Source: Chrysomallon squamiferum (taxonomy: Eukaryota; Animalia; Mollusca). Taken from it: a stretch of 64,000 bases of DNA. Below, piece after piece: positions 1 through 12,730 of the stretch. The translations under genes were made by a program, and so were the position numbers. The notes beneath the pieces were generated by a model. The model made no database searches, had not been told where the DNA came from, and saw only the letters and a list, made by a program, of their open reading frames with translations. The stretch spans positions 14,508,001-14,572,000 of the forward strand of contig CM022678.1 of assembly GCA_012295275.1 (NCBI GenBank). The letters are read 5' to 3'. Position 1 is the stretch's first letter. Every line of letters begins with the position of its first letter.

Positions 1-1942
1 CTGAATTGTATAACTTGTAAAATTATATTTATTCACTCTTAAAAGACACCAGACTGCTAGAGTCCCGGAAATAAAAGAAAAAAGAAAAAAAAAAGAAAGA
101 AAAACAATTACAAATTAAAAATAAATTAAAATATCAGAATATAAGAGCTCAGTTAAGTAAGTAAATTCTTTTAAATAGTAAATGAAACAATGTCACATCA
201 TACTTCAAATATTGTTACCCTTCATAATAAAAACTGCTATGATAATGACAAATTCAAGTTACAAATGTTTATATATATATACATACATAATTTTTTTTAG
301 TATTTATTCTTCTTTTTTTTTTAAAGTTTTATATATATATATATATAACGTTTTATTATTTTACTTCTGATAAACTGTTTATATTTTTATAGCTAAGTCT
401 TACAGCGAAAAACACCATAATAGTTTTAAAATGGCGCTGTAAACATACTACGGTACAAGGCTGTTATAAGTTTCCAGCTACTGCTAACTAAATATTTATA
501 TAATGATACTACTGCCATTACATTTCTCTGAGGTTTTTATTAATGTTTATTCATTTTTTTTTATTATCTTTATTATGTGTCTTGATTCTATTTGGGTAAA
601 GCCTTACTTAATTAGTGATTCCCTTCATTATTTTGGTTTTAATGAAGTAGTTAGTATTTACTACAAAGTTATGCTTGGACAATGTATATTTTACATTAAA
701 CAGGGTTCGCGATCTACATAAGTCGGGCAGCAACTGTATAAGGTATTTTGTTCAGTATGACCACACTTCTAATAATTGTAATCTTTTTAATTAAATCTGT
801 TATTAATAAAATATATATGAGTAGCCAAGTATAGAGAAAGTGAACATCTCAGATCCTGTCAGTTTATCGTACATGGTGATTACGCCATTCTGTTTCCTTG
901 GTCAGGAAGTCTGTAGCAATCTCATTCACTTCTGACCATATTTCTAATTATAAACAAATCGTCTTTAACACAGAAAGCTGGTAATTACCAACCAAACTAT
1001 ATAATAATGTTATATAATCATATATTATTTCAATCTTGACTCAATGACAAAAATGATAATAATAATAACATCAAAATAAAATAATAATAATAATAACAAC
1101 AATAATAATAATATAATAATAATAACAAAACTACTTAAAGTTTTGATATAGTTAGAAAAAATATTGTTACAGAGGTAACAAATAAATCTTTATAGTACAA
1201 AAATATAAATAAATAAGTAAATAAATAAAGGGCTTAATAATAAAGTACCATTTACATATAATTGCATGTTAATATTATTACAATACTAACAGATAAACTG
1301 AATTAATAACAAGCATTGTTGCTGTAAGAATAAAAGATTACTCTGTAAATATAAATATCAACTGATTTCTACATTAATATAACTGTAATAATAACTTTTC
1401 AATATTAACATACAAATATAATATTAAACTGTTTATTTATATGTGTCTGTGTATGTAATAATAAACAGATTAAAATACTGATATATATAAATAACTGTAA
1501 TAATAAATACTAAAAACCTGTACTGAAAAACATTCCTTGATAATAAACTGTATTAAATAGAATTGATTAAAATATAAATGTATATATATAAAACTGAAAT
1601 AAGATGTTTACAAAACTAACAAAGAGTACACTGTGATAAACTGTTAATAATATTAGCATACAAACACAATAAATTGTTTATATAAAATACATAACTGTAT
1701 AGCTAATAACAGTTTACAAATCTAACACACCCAAGATATAAACATACATATACATAAATACATAGTAAACTTTTACAATATTAACAAACTTTATATTACT
1801 TCTATTAAAAGTATATGTTAAACTATTTATTAACATACACACTAGAATAGTAAAAACAGCAATAATATTAGGTAAAACTCTTCAGAATAATATATTAATA
1901 TGTCTATTAAAGCATAAATAACAATAAAGATACGTGTATGTG

Positions 1943-1946
<4 letters not shown>

Positions 1947-1976
<30 letters not shown>
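1947..1976. repeat. (TG)n microsatellite
   Basis: Direct reading. Confidence 0.95.
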
Positions 1977-1980
<4 letters not shown>

Positions 1981-2354
1981 TTAAACTGTTTTTCTATTTA
2001 CTAAATAATTTGCCAGTCACGTTGATATATTATTACAGACTTCATAATATATAAATAAATAACAGTTTATAATGAACTGTAAGATTGTTTAACAAAGCCC
2101 CAGCAAAAAAAGAGCAAACAAAAAATAAATAAACTAATTATGCTCAACGTTTAATAGCATGCACTTTACTTACTACGTTTCAAAGCCGTAAATGACCACC
2201 TTCTTGTTATTATTTATTTTCATGAAATTTATATGAGTGTAAAAAAATAATAATAATATTAATTTAAATATATATATAAACAAACACACTGTTATTGAAA
2301 ATTCACTAAAATTTCTGTCTGACTTTAGATGATTAACTGGGTTCAGTTAACAAA

Positions 2355-2592
2355 TTATGTCAAGTCACTCAATTTCGGTAGATTATCCAAACAAGTAGGA
2401 CAGGTTACAGAGTTGTCGTTCTTGCTGTCATTATAAATATGACCTGCAATTAAAAAGTACATCATTTTTATAAGTCTTTATTATTGTATTTTTAATTTTT
2501 ATTATTGTATTTTTTATTTTATTGTATTTTTTACACTTTTTAAAATGTTTTGTTTCATTTATTTATTTATTTATTTTATTTTATTTTAATTT

Positions 2593-2624
<32 letters not shown>

Positions 2625-5600
2625 ATTTGTTGGGGTTTTTGTAATGCATTTTTATAAAAAAAATTGTAATAATAATACATTGATTCTTATATAATTCTTA
2701 TATAATTTGTATTGGCATTAGCATCATTTGCAATTATATATTTATATTTAATTAATGTCTAAAATTTACTTTTTGCTTTTGATTTCTATCATGTATTACC
2801 TTCCTTGCACCTGAACCAGTGGCCCGCTGTGAATGTGATGGGTGTCTCAACTGGAACTGTCTCAGACAACTCGCTGAAGATCGAGGTGTCTGGCAAAAGA
2901 TTGTGAACTTCCTGCTGACGCTCTGGACTGTACGGTTTTCCATCTGAAATATACTGCTTTACCACATCCATGTTACGTTTTTCTTCATCAGTAACGCTCC
3001 CGAGAGTACACTTGATGTCGTACATGTTGACATCACCGAAAAGCTTCAATCTTTTAATTTCATTTTGAGCATCAAATATTTCTTGTTCTGTGAAAACATA
3101 TCTCTTTACCAGTAACCAAGTCACAAAAATATCTATTTCATCTTGAAGCTGACTGTACTTTTCAATCTTTAATTTTTTTACTTCGTCTATGAAACGGAGC
3201 TGATTTATAACACATGCACATCCTTCTATATTCTTAGTGACGTCACTGTCGAAAAAGCGAACCGCTCGTTTTGAGGCGATGTCCTTTATATTCCTTTCCC
3301 ACTTAACGAAATCGTCTTTCATCAGCCGTTTTACCACAGTGATGTCTTGCATCGTTTGTCTAATAGCATCTCCATATCGCTTGCTATGTCTGATGTGTGT
3401 CTCACACCAAGGACATTGTTTTAACTGAATTTTGATGGGAAACTCGCTGGTCTCCATCAACTTGTCAAGAACAGAAACCTCAATAAGATGTCCACAGTCT
3501 TCTAATTCTATAAAGAGTGCATCAGGGCTAATTTCTTTACCAGTCAACTCACAGAGTTCATCTTGGCTGCATTTAATGCACAAATGAGGACATTTCTCGC
3601 CACACAGACCCAGGCACCTATGACCGCATTCCAATATTCGAGGACATTTTTTGTTGCATGGTAATCGGTTGCATAAATCACTGCAATTCTTAGTGCATTT
3701 CTTATCCTTACAAGTCCAGGTACATTTTTCAGGACATGGAGAACATGGTTCACTACATTTATTTTTGCAAGACTCATGACTGCATCTGTCACATGGCAAT
3801 TGACAAGGAGGACAGTGAGAACACAACTTTTGACATTTATGTCCACAAATCAGAATTCGGTTACATTTCTCTGTACATGCAACATGAAGACGACCTTGAA
3901 AACATTTATAACAGAGACCTTTGCAAACATGGCCACATTTCAAAACAGTGTTGCATTTTTCCGCACAAGGAACATTACCTTGCAGATAACAATGTACTTC
4001 AGCTTCATGGCCACATTTTCCTACCTGTATGACAGGATGCTTGCAGTCAAAGTTTTCCGGTCTAATCCAGCATGGCATAGTCTGTTTGTGATGACATAAT
4101 GGCATCACCCTTTCACACGGTATCTCACATTTATAGTTACTGTGTTGGGGATCAACCGGATGACATCGTTTTGCACAAACATGTCCACAGTTCAATTCGA
4201 ATGTGCAGGGTTTTAGGCAACCACCTTCTGGAGCCAAAGAAAAATCTTCTGCTTTTGATGCTTTTATTCCTGCATCCTGCGGATGGTTCTGACAGTATAG
4301 AAAAAGGGCATTCCCAAGCTGGCCTTCCGATTCCAAATAATCGACAATGTTTTCCCATAAGTCACTCTGTGTCCTCAACAGGTTAAAATTACCAATGACA
4401 AAAAGACCTTTTCGAGCTCGCGACAGAGCCACGCACACTCTGTTATCAATCTTGAGAAAACCAACATTTCCTTCCTCGTTACTGCGTACCAAAGATAGTA
4501 GAATAATGTCATTTTCTTCGCCTTGATAGTTGTCAATTGGTGTCACCCTCACTCCTTTAAATATATCGGCAGGCATATTTTGTTTCAGAAATGCTACCTG
4601 ACCCGAGTAGGCTGTCAGAATAGTTATTTCGTTTGCTTCGTAACCTTGTTTGATGAGATATAAGCAAAGTGCAATAATATATCGAGCTTCAAAAACGTTG
4701 AAATGACTCCAAAGTTCAATGTTCTTTTTTTCATTTGCAGAATGGTTAATGAAGAATACATTGCTGCACACACCTAGAATATTAGGATAATTTTCAACAG
4801 ATGCATCATCTCTAAGTCGAGGATAGATGAATTTCATAATTTTGGAAATAGAGGGTCGCATTCTGTGTTGTTTTTCAAGGCTGACACACTCCAGACCGTT
4901 GTTAACCATTCTTTCAAATAACGACAGCTCCAGATTATACTGTTTAGCGAGTAGGTAAACATTGGGGCTTGGTCGCAGCTGTTGGTGGTCACCAATCAGA
5001 ATCAAATGTTCGCATTCTGAACTCAGTGATGCTGTGACGTGTGCTTCCAGAACCTCTGCAGCTTCTTCTATAATGATAATTCTAGGTTTTAATTCTGATA
5101 AAATCTTTTGGTAACGAGCAGCCCCACTAGTAGTCATTCCAATTACTGAACATTTTTTCATTACAGCCTTATCAGTCTGCAGCATTGCGATTCGGTATTC
5201 TTCTCTAGCTTCAATGCATTGTTGCTGCACTTCAGCCATTTCATTTTCAAGATGATTGTGTAGCTGTTGCATCCAGTATCTATAAAGACGCCAACGATCC
5301 TTGATTGATAATGACAGTATATCAGACACAGCTCTTTCTTCTACTTCGGTCATGGCAGACTGACACTGAATATTAGCGAGAAATTCATCTTTACGTGACA
5401 TCCTATGGCAGCCAGCTGAAAGTATGTCCCTTTCATCTCTCTGTGGCAGTTTAATAAGTTCCTCAAAATCTTCTTCAACATCCAATTTTCTTTCTGCCTC
5501 TGCAATATCTGCTTCTCCATCCTCATCATAAGTCTGTTTGTCTTTGTCATTGCTTTTCTTTCCTGAATGTGAATGTTCGTAGCTTACAGTCGTATCGACA

Positions 5601-8548
5601 TTATCCTTATGTCTAGTGTCTTTTGGTTGACTGCTTTCAAAATAATTGGAAATTTGTAGCCAGTCTAATAAAGGGTCATTGACTGAATCGATTTCAGAAA
5701 GCTGTTTGTAGTGAGTCTGTGAAATAACAGGATTCAAAACAAACTTTTTGACGATCCCCTCTTTAATTAATTTCAGATGTTTTTGAATACGAAGCAAATT
5801 TGTCTGACAAAACAAATGATGATCTTTTTCTTCATGAGGAAATTTGAAACGTGTTCGCAATTCCCTAATTCCGTACTCTCTTACCTTGTCACTTTTACAC
5901 CTGCCTCCAACCCGTACCAAACTTCCACTGTGAAATGATAAAATTCCTTCGAGAAACTGATCGAGAGCATGATTGGTATAACAGAGAACCAGCATTGGCC
6001 TTGGCTTATTATGTTGCCAAATATCGCAGTTAAAAAGAAGAGTTTTAACAATCTTCAGCCCAACATACGTCTTGCCAGTTCCAGGTGGCCCCTGAATGAT
6101 GACAAACTCTTTTGTTAAAGCTTGCTGAAATGCTTTGAACTGAGCCACATCAAGATTTAGATATTCAGGCTGAGGCCAAAGGTCTAGATTCAAAATAGGC
6201 GAGCTGTTTTCAAGTATTTCACTCTCCATATCTGCACTAGTATCACTATCGTCTTCATCGTCGTCTTTGTCTTGGTCTGCTGTAAAGCTGTCACAATAAT
6301 CTACATCATCAAGAGAAGAAAAACCAGTCAAATCAATGGATTTAAACGGAGTTCTTTTGGGATGAACAATTTGTTTTGAATTATTTGCAATAGCATCAAA
6401 ATCATATTTCAAATAGGGTTTGTTTCGAAGATAACGTGGTGGTCTGATGTCCCTTTTACAGAATACAATGTATTCTTCAAATGGAAGCTGGCCTTTTCTG
6501 ATATTTTGAAGAGCAGAAAGTACATAACGATAAGCTTCGAAGTACGCTGTTGTTTCAATCATTACCATTGGTTTGCTTAAATCTATTGGTCTTTCTCCTA
6601 CGACATACTCAATAAAAATATCGACAGTAACATCTTCGTCTTCGTCTACTTGTTTTGGTCTAGAATCAACAGAGGCAAGTGAAAATGTTGCATAGTTATC
6701 GTTGGACAGACAGACAAGTGTGCCATATATTAATCGCTTTGTGTGTTCCCACTGGATTTTATTCATACCCGGTGTGTCAAACGTTACAGTATGCACGAAT
6801 CGGTCTTTACTGAAACCTGATCTCACCACTTTAACGTTATGGTATGTGCGAACAGTCAGTGGCTGTCTTGGATTTTGAAACGCAAACAAATAATCTCTTA
6901 CACCCTGGCGCAGCGGCTCAATGAAATCTTCTCTCAGCAGTCTGAACTGTACATCCAGATAATCGTCTAGATCTTGGTATCCACCTGTTTCCTTGATTTT
7001 ACGGAGGAAAGGTTTCGTTGTAGGATAAATATCATCGTATGTTGGCATTACTGAAATAGTTCTGAAGTCATTGGGGGGTGAGATATCAGCACTCTTAAGC
7101 ATTCTGTTTGATTTTATTCTATTATTTTCCATTTTCTTTAGAAGTGATGTCTTCGTTTCCTCTAGTTCGTTTATTTTAAACTGAGTACCTTCACTAAGTT
7201 CACTTCTCGTTTCAGCTAGACGATTAACACAACACTCAATATAAGAGGAAACACCACAGACTGTTGTGATGGCGTGTGGCAAACGCTGCGATAACTCTAA
7301 CAGAACGATGAGAATGTCGTCAATAAATTCATTTAGTTCTTTTTCAGAATTTTTACAAAGTTTGCTTTTCATCTTCGTGAGAACCGCTGGCACTGTAAAG
7401 TTAAGAAACAGAGACTTTTCTACATCCACTAGCAACTTCAACAACCTCTCAGGATGTCTACATGGACGACAAGCTTTTGAGAGCATTTTCATAACCAAGC
7501 AGACCTCGCTATCTGAAAGAGTTTCCCTGTTGAGAATTGCGTTAAAACCATTGTTTTCTTGACTCACTGTCAGCAGAATATAGTCTGAATCGTCTTCATC
7601 TTTCAGATCTTGGAGTTTTTCAATAGTTAGAAGATCAGTTTGAATTTTTAGATAACTTGTCGGTTCTTTAATTTCTTCTACAGCCCGTCTTTCGTTAGTT
7701 TTTGTTTTCGTTTTCTTATTTTCAACAGTCTGTTCATTTGGCCTCCTCCAAGAAATGTAATCAGCCAGAGTACTCTGTTTGTAAGTCGGTCTCATTTTCG
7801 GACGAGCGCCAGACGACGCCTTTCTTGTTGAGTCGTTTCCTTTTGCTACCTCTTTGGGAGCGAATTTTATTTCAGTGTTTTTAGATGGAAACTTAGACAC
7901 TGCGTTATGCTGTGAAGATTTTGAACTCTTTTTGGAAGTAATTGGATCTAACAGTGACGGAAAATCTTCTGTCAAACTGTTATTTAATCGAACTTTCCTT
8001 CTTTCTGATTCTGGAATGTTTGTTGTTGGCGAAGACTGTAACCTCCAGTTCAGCTGATCGCTCGAACGAGACTTTCTGTTCCATCGAGTTTCCAGCTTTG
8101 TGTTTCTTTGTTTTAGAACTGATACATCTTCCTTTTTATTTGATGACGATTTTTTGCATTCAGCTGCAGAAGTCAGAGATGGAAAATCTTCATTTCTTGT
8201 TTCATTTCGTGGGTGATTTTGTATGTTCAGTGTCCCCCATGATATTTGTTCAGAGTTTGTTCCCTTGGATTTACCAAATCTTCTAAATGAATGATGTTTT
8301 TCACTTGATACATCACATTTAGAGACAGCAGTCAAACTGGGGAATTCTGAATCGACCTGACAGACTGCCTCGCTCTCTTCTTCCTCTCTCTCTTTATCTG
8401 AATCGTCGTTTTCAGTTATTTCATTTTTATCAGACAACCAGTCGTCCGTGAGGCATTTTAACTTGTTGGTTTTGCCTGATAAGACACGATCCTCTGTTTT
8501 ATTACTGATGTCACAGACCCAGCTTTCTTCTTTACTCCACGCAGACAT
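2355..8548 (-). CDS. ZNFX1: NFX1-type zinc finger-containing protein 1-like SF1 (UPF1-like) RNA helicase, ~1945 aa; coding exons 8548-2800 and 2443-2355
   Basis: Long ORF with ZNFX1 hallmarks YLDVQFRLLREDF, KRLIYGTLVCLS and AYFEAYRYVL; Walker A QGPPGTGKT; motifs IIEEAAEV, LIGDHQQLRP, IDNYQGEE and VALSRA; NF-X1-type Cys/His repeats; RING-like LEDCGH...CPWC. Acceptor tattacag at 8561 precedes ATG 8548 (MSAWSKEE). Donor g|gtaata at 2800/2799 joins acceptor ttgcag|gt at 2443 in frame, giving ...HWFRCKEGHIYNDSKNDNSVTCPTCLDNLPKLSDLT* (stop 2357-2355). Confidence 0.95.
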
Positions 8549-9017
8549 TGTGGTGAGTATCTGTAATACTAAATGCATTTTATAATTAGGAAGCTGTTAT
8601 TACACTGAAGGAATATTGCTGATTTGAAGAAGGGTTTTTTTCACTCACTTTATCACAGTGTATTCAAAATATATTCCAAATGTTGTTTTATTTATTTGCA
8701 ACCTTAGACGATAATAATAACAGAGTGTGATAATACCCCACACACGCACACTTACACAAACGCGCGCGCGCACACACATATAATATTGCAATGGTTTTTC
8801 CAATTGATCATTTATTTTATTTATTTTTATTTTTATTTGTTTAACTGTTTAAGGAATCTCCTGAATAAAATCATGTCTCACTGATATATACTCATATGCT
8901 TGATATTGCCATTTTCTTTTAATTACAAACACTAGTATAGCTCAGCTTGTTAATTGACAGTTAATTGTTATGCACTTTGTTTACAAATTACAAATACAAC
9001 GTCAAATTTACTCTGAC

Positions 9018-9307
9018 CTTGATGGAAATGGCTGAGAGAGGGTTGCTGTGATCGTATAGTGGGAATAACTTAATAGTAGCTTGAGATAAGGTTTCAAGTG
9101 GGAAACAGTGGTAAATCTTGTGATTTTCCTGTCCGGATCAACCGAAATCCAGAAAAACGAGATCCGTGAAATCGAGGATCAACAGCATTAGGTAAGTTAT
9201 GCACCGTCTTCCTAACACCAGTTCTGTACCTATTTCCCTTATTATTAATGTTTTCTCATTTTTCTCTTTTTATAACAAAGATTTATGAAGAGAGATAATG
9301 ACCGTTT

Positions 9308-9345
<38 letters not shown>

Positions 9346-10100
9346 CAACAACAACAACAACGGTATCAATAACAATAATAATAATAACTAGTAGTAGTCG
9401 TCGTCGTAGTAGTAGTAGTAGTAGTAGTAGCAGTAGTATTATAAAACGAAAGATTAAATATTTCTGTTAATTTGTAATTCTATAAAAATTATATGTAAAA
9501 GTACAGAAATTTTAAACTCTTTGTTACATGTTTAAAATTAAGAAATTATTTAAATAATTTTAACATTTTTAATATTAATGCCTGAAGAATACACTGACAC
9601 TAAATAATTAAACTGGTAGAAACCACTACAAGTAAAATAAACACTTGTCTTACCGTCCGACTGATTTATTAAAACTTTACATAAATAAATTAATCCCGAG
9701 CAGAAATATTAACAGTAAACTGAAACGAAAATGTCATTACAATTTATATTGAAATAGCACGACAAAATGGCCGAAATTAGAAGAGCTGAATCACCTAGTA
9801 GCAAAAGTAGACTAACTTACAAGCCCTCATAAACATCATGGATAAGAAAAAGTACTCTCTGGTTACATAGTTTCATTCTGCATAGTGAATTTGTAAACTA
9901 AAAACTCACCTAGATGTGTATTTGAAACATACTCAAAACGTACTCCATGTTTATTATCGTTTAGTCACTTCGTGAAACAAGTTTTCTAGGAACTGCTTGA
10001 CACATCCTACTTTCAGTTTGTTACTTACTGGATCAGATCGATGTTTGCATAACAACGCCATGATCAACGTAATGGCTGACGGTGCAAGTATGTGACCTTT
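9018..10100 (-). promoter_or_regulatory. Probable ZNFX1 5'UTR exon(s) and promoter, with STAT (GAS) and IRF-like motifs
   Basis: Minus-strand donor-like sites at ~9017 (aag|gtcaga), ~9653 (acg|gtaaga) and ~9908 (tag|gtgagt); local CpG enrichment; perfect GAS TTCTAGGAA at 9984-9992; GAAACGAAAA at 9722-9731. Confidence 0.35.
9309..9437. repeat. Compound (AAT)n/(AAC)n/(AGT)n microsatellite
   Basis: Direct reading. Confidence 0.9.
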
Positions 10101-10898
10101 AAACCCGACACGAACACAGGTTGTAATTGTATCAGTTTACAAAACATACATTTGTATCGCGAAATGGTCCGGATAGTTACCATTTGAGATTAATAGCAGA
10201 TTTATATATAGATCTGCATAATGTATATTCCTACTCGCCTCACCTGCCATGATATGCTAAAATTCACTGATAAATAATCGTCATTCTTTTTACATTAGTT
10301 AATCTTTATAAATAGCAACACATGCAAATGTTATTTTAACACTGTCTTTCTAATATTTACATTTTTCATTTTTTATCGAGAGCTTACTCCCAGGATCCTC
10401 TGCCCTTAACGTCGCCAGACCTCTGTCCTAATGTCAGTCGTACTCGTTAAATACAACAATGTACCAACGTCATCATATGAATGGAATTTCAAGGGGAAAC
10501 GTTCTTATAATCACCAATTTAGTTTTCTCTCTTTTTTTAATCACTATTTATTTATTTATTTTATTTTATTTTAATTTTTATTTTATTTTATTTTGTTTTA
10601 TTTGTTTATTTCTTTAATTACGTAGCTTATTTATTTAGTTTAGTTTAATTTAGTTTAGTTGTTTATTTCTTTAATTACTTACTTACGTATTTATTATTTA
10701 TTTATTTATTTTGTTGTTGTTGTTGACGGCTCTTTTTATTTTATTATTTTTTTAATTATTATCATTAATTTTTCATTCAGTTTTATATTTTATTTTCTTT
10801 GATGTATTCTTTTTTTTCTGTTTATATTGTTTGTTTGTTTTTGTTGTTTTTTATAGTGTTCTTTTTCTCTTACTCTTTTTTATTATTTTTGTTTTTTA

Positions 10899-10930
<32 letters not shown>

Positions 10931-10943
10931 TATTATTATTATG

Positions 10944-10980
<37 letters not shown>
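10899..10980. repeat. (ATT)n microsatellite
   Basis: Direct reading. Confidence 0.95.
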
Positions 10981-10982
<2 letters not shown>

Positions 10983-12524
10983 GTTACACAAAATACATAC
11001 GTATCACCAAAAAATGCTCTAAAAAATGGAACTAAATAAAAACGTATTTTTAAAAAAAGTGACAAATAGATTTACTTTCTGTTTTAAACTTGTTATCTTA
11101 TGTTGCATTCTTTTCATAACTTACATTTTTCATCTCGGGTCATATCTATTATAAAAGTCAGTGTTATCTTACGTTATTACTTTCGCTATCTGTAAGGTCT
11201 ATCCGTTTATCTGAATTAACTGTCTGTCTGCTCTCTGAGTGACGGTCTGTCTGCCTGCCTGTCTGTCTGTCTGTCTGTCTGAGTGAATAAATAAATATTT
11301 ATTTATATCAGAAAATACACTTAAATAATGATAATAGCTAAAACGTATTTGAAAAAGAAAATGTAAACGTTACCACAGTTTATCACTGATGGTTATCCGG
11401 TGACAGAGATACGAATTGTTAGTATTATCTGAGAGCGGATACGCTGTTCTTACTCCGCTGTCTATCAAAAAATAAATAATTCTTTTGTCACTATTAAGTG
11501 TTTCTAAGTCTGTAGTTGACATGCATAATTAATTAAGAATAATGGTTAATAATGCTTTTTATTAATTTTGTTTCTTGAAAATTAAATTATTATTTTCAGT
11601 ATTGGCTTAGCACGATAACTGATGTCTTTATCTTGATGTCGCTAAGACCACTGCTTACAGTAGACTGTCGCACGGTGATAAATTGATTCTTTATGCTCGG
11701 ATTCTTTAACTAAGCAGCTGTTGCGAAGCAGTCCATATCAGACATCGATTTATTATACACGGGGTTTATATTTGGTCCAAGTGTAATAATAACGTGGCAC
11801 ACTTTAGTGCAGATATTTTTAAAACACAGACTGTAATAATACTGGGATCAGTAAAGAAAAGATTAATTTCTGAATGAGGGTAAGTAATTTTATAACTTAT
11901 ATCTTTAGCTGCTGTTTTCATTTTACATTAATTCGTCCGTTTATCTCATGTTGTATCAAGTTTAAAGATTTCAAACTTCTATTGAGCAAATGGTATACGT
12001 AAGCTATCAATATTTCTAAACTACATAAGAACAATATAGAAAAGATCTAATATTTTAAGATGATATAACTAGAAAGAATAGAAAAAAAAAAAAAAAAAAA
12101 TACTTCGGAAGGAAAAAACAAATTAAACAGCAAATTGAAGTACACCGGCTCGTGAAAACGTGATCAATTAATAGACTGTTCCAAATAAGTAAAAATTAAA
12201 TTTAATGGCATGTGTATTCGTGTGTGTATATATTCATGTGTATGCATTAATATTAATAAAATTATTAATAAAAATGAACATATACAACAAAATGTCTGTA
12301 TAAGTTACACATAATAATCAAAATGGAATTAATTTTAGACACGTTGCAAAAAACACATGTAAATAAATAAATAAATAGAAAAATAACATAGAACCCAAAG
12401 CATTTTATGAATTAATTCAGCTGCAAACGATCACAAAATGTAATGATATAATATTTTATATTTATTTATTTCTTATGAATCCGTTTGTCACCAACGAAAT
12501 ATTTTTGAACTTGCAGTGAACACA

Positions 12525-12697
12525 ATGGACACAATTCATTTATTTATTTCTCTACTGTTGATGATTCCCAGCGACTCCAAAATTGGCTTTGTAAAAGATC
12601 AGAAGAAAGATTTAGTGTTTCCACCAAAGGTCACAAAGATAAAAGGACTTCCTGATGGACACCTGGGACCACTAGGTCAGTGACGTAATCTTTTAAA

Positions 12698-12730
<33 letters not shown>

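Noticed and set aside
3237-8286. Short antisense and alternate-frame ORFs within ZNFX1 (and likewise within 49274-59503)
   Set aside because: Shadow ORFs of long coding exons with no independent features.
10381-10460. SINE-like 3' tail (...cgttaaatacaacaa)
   Set aside because: Too short, and no tRNA-related head is visible.
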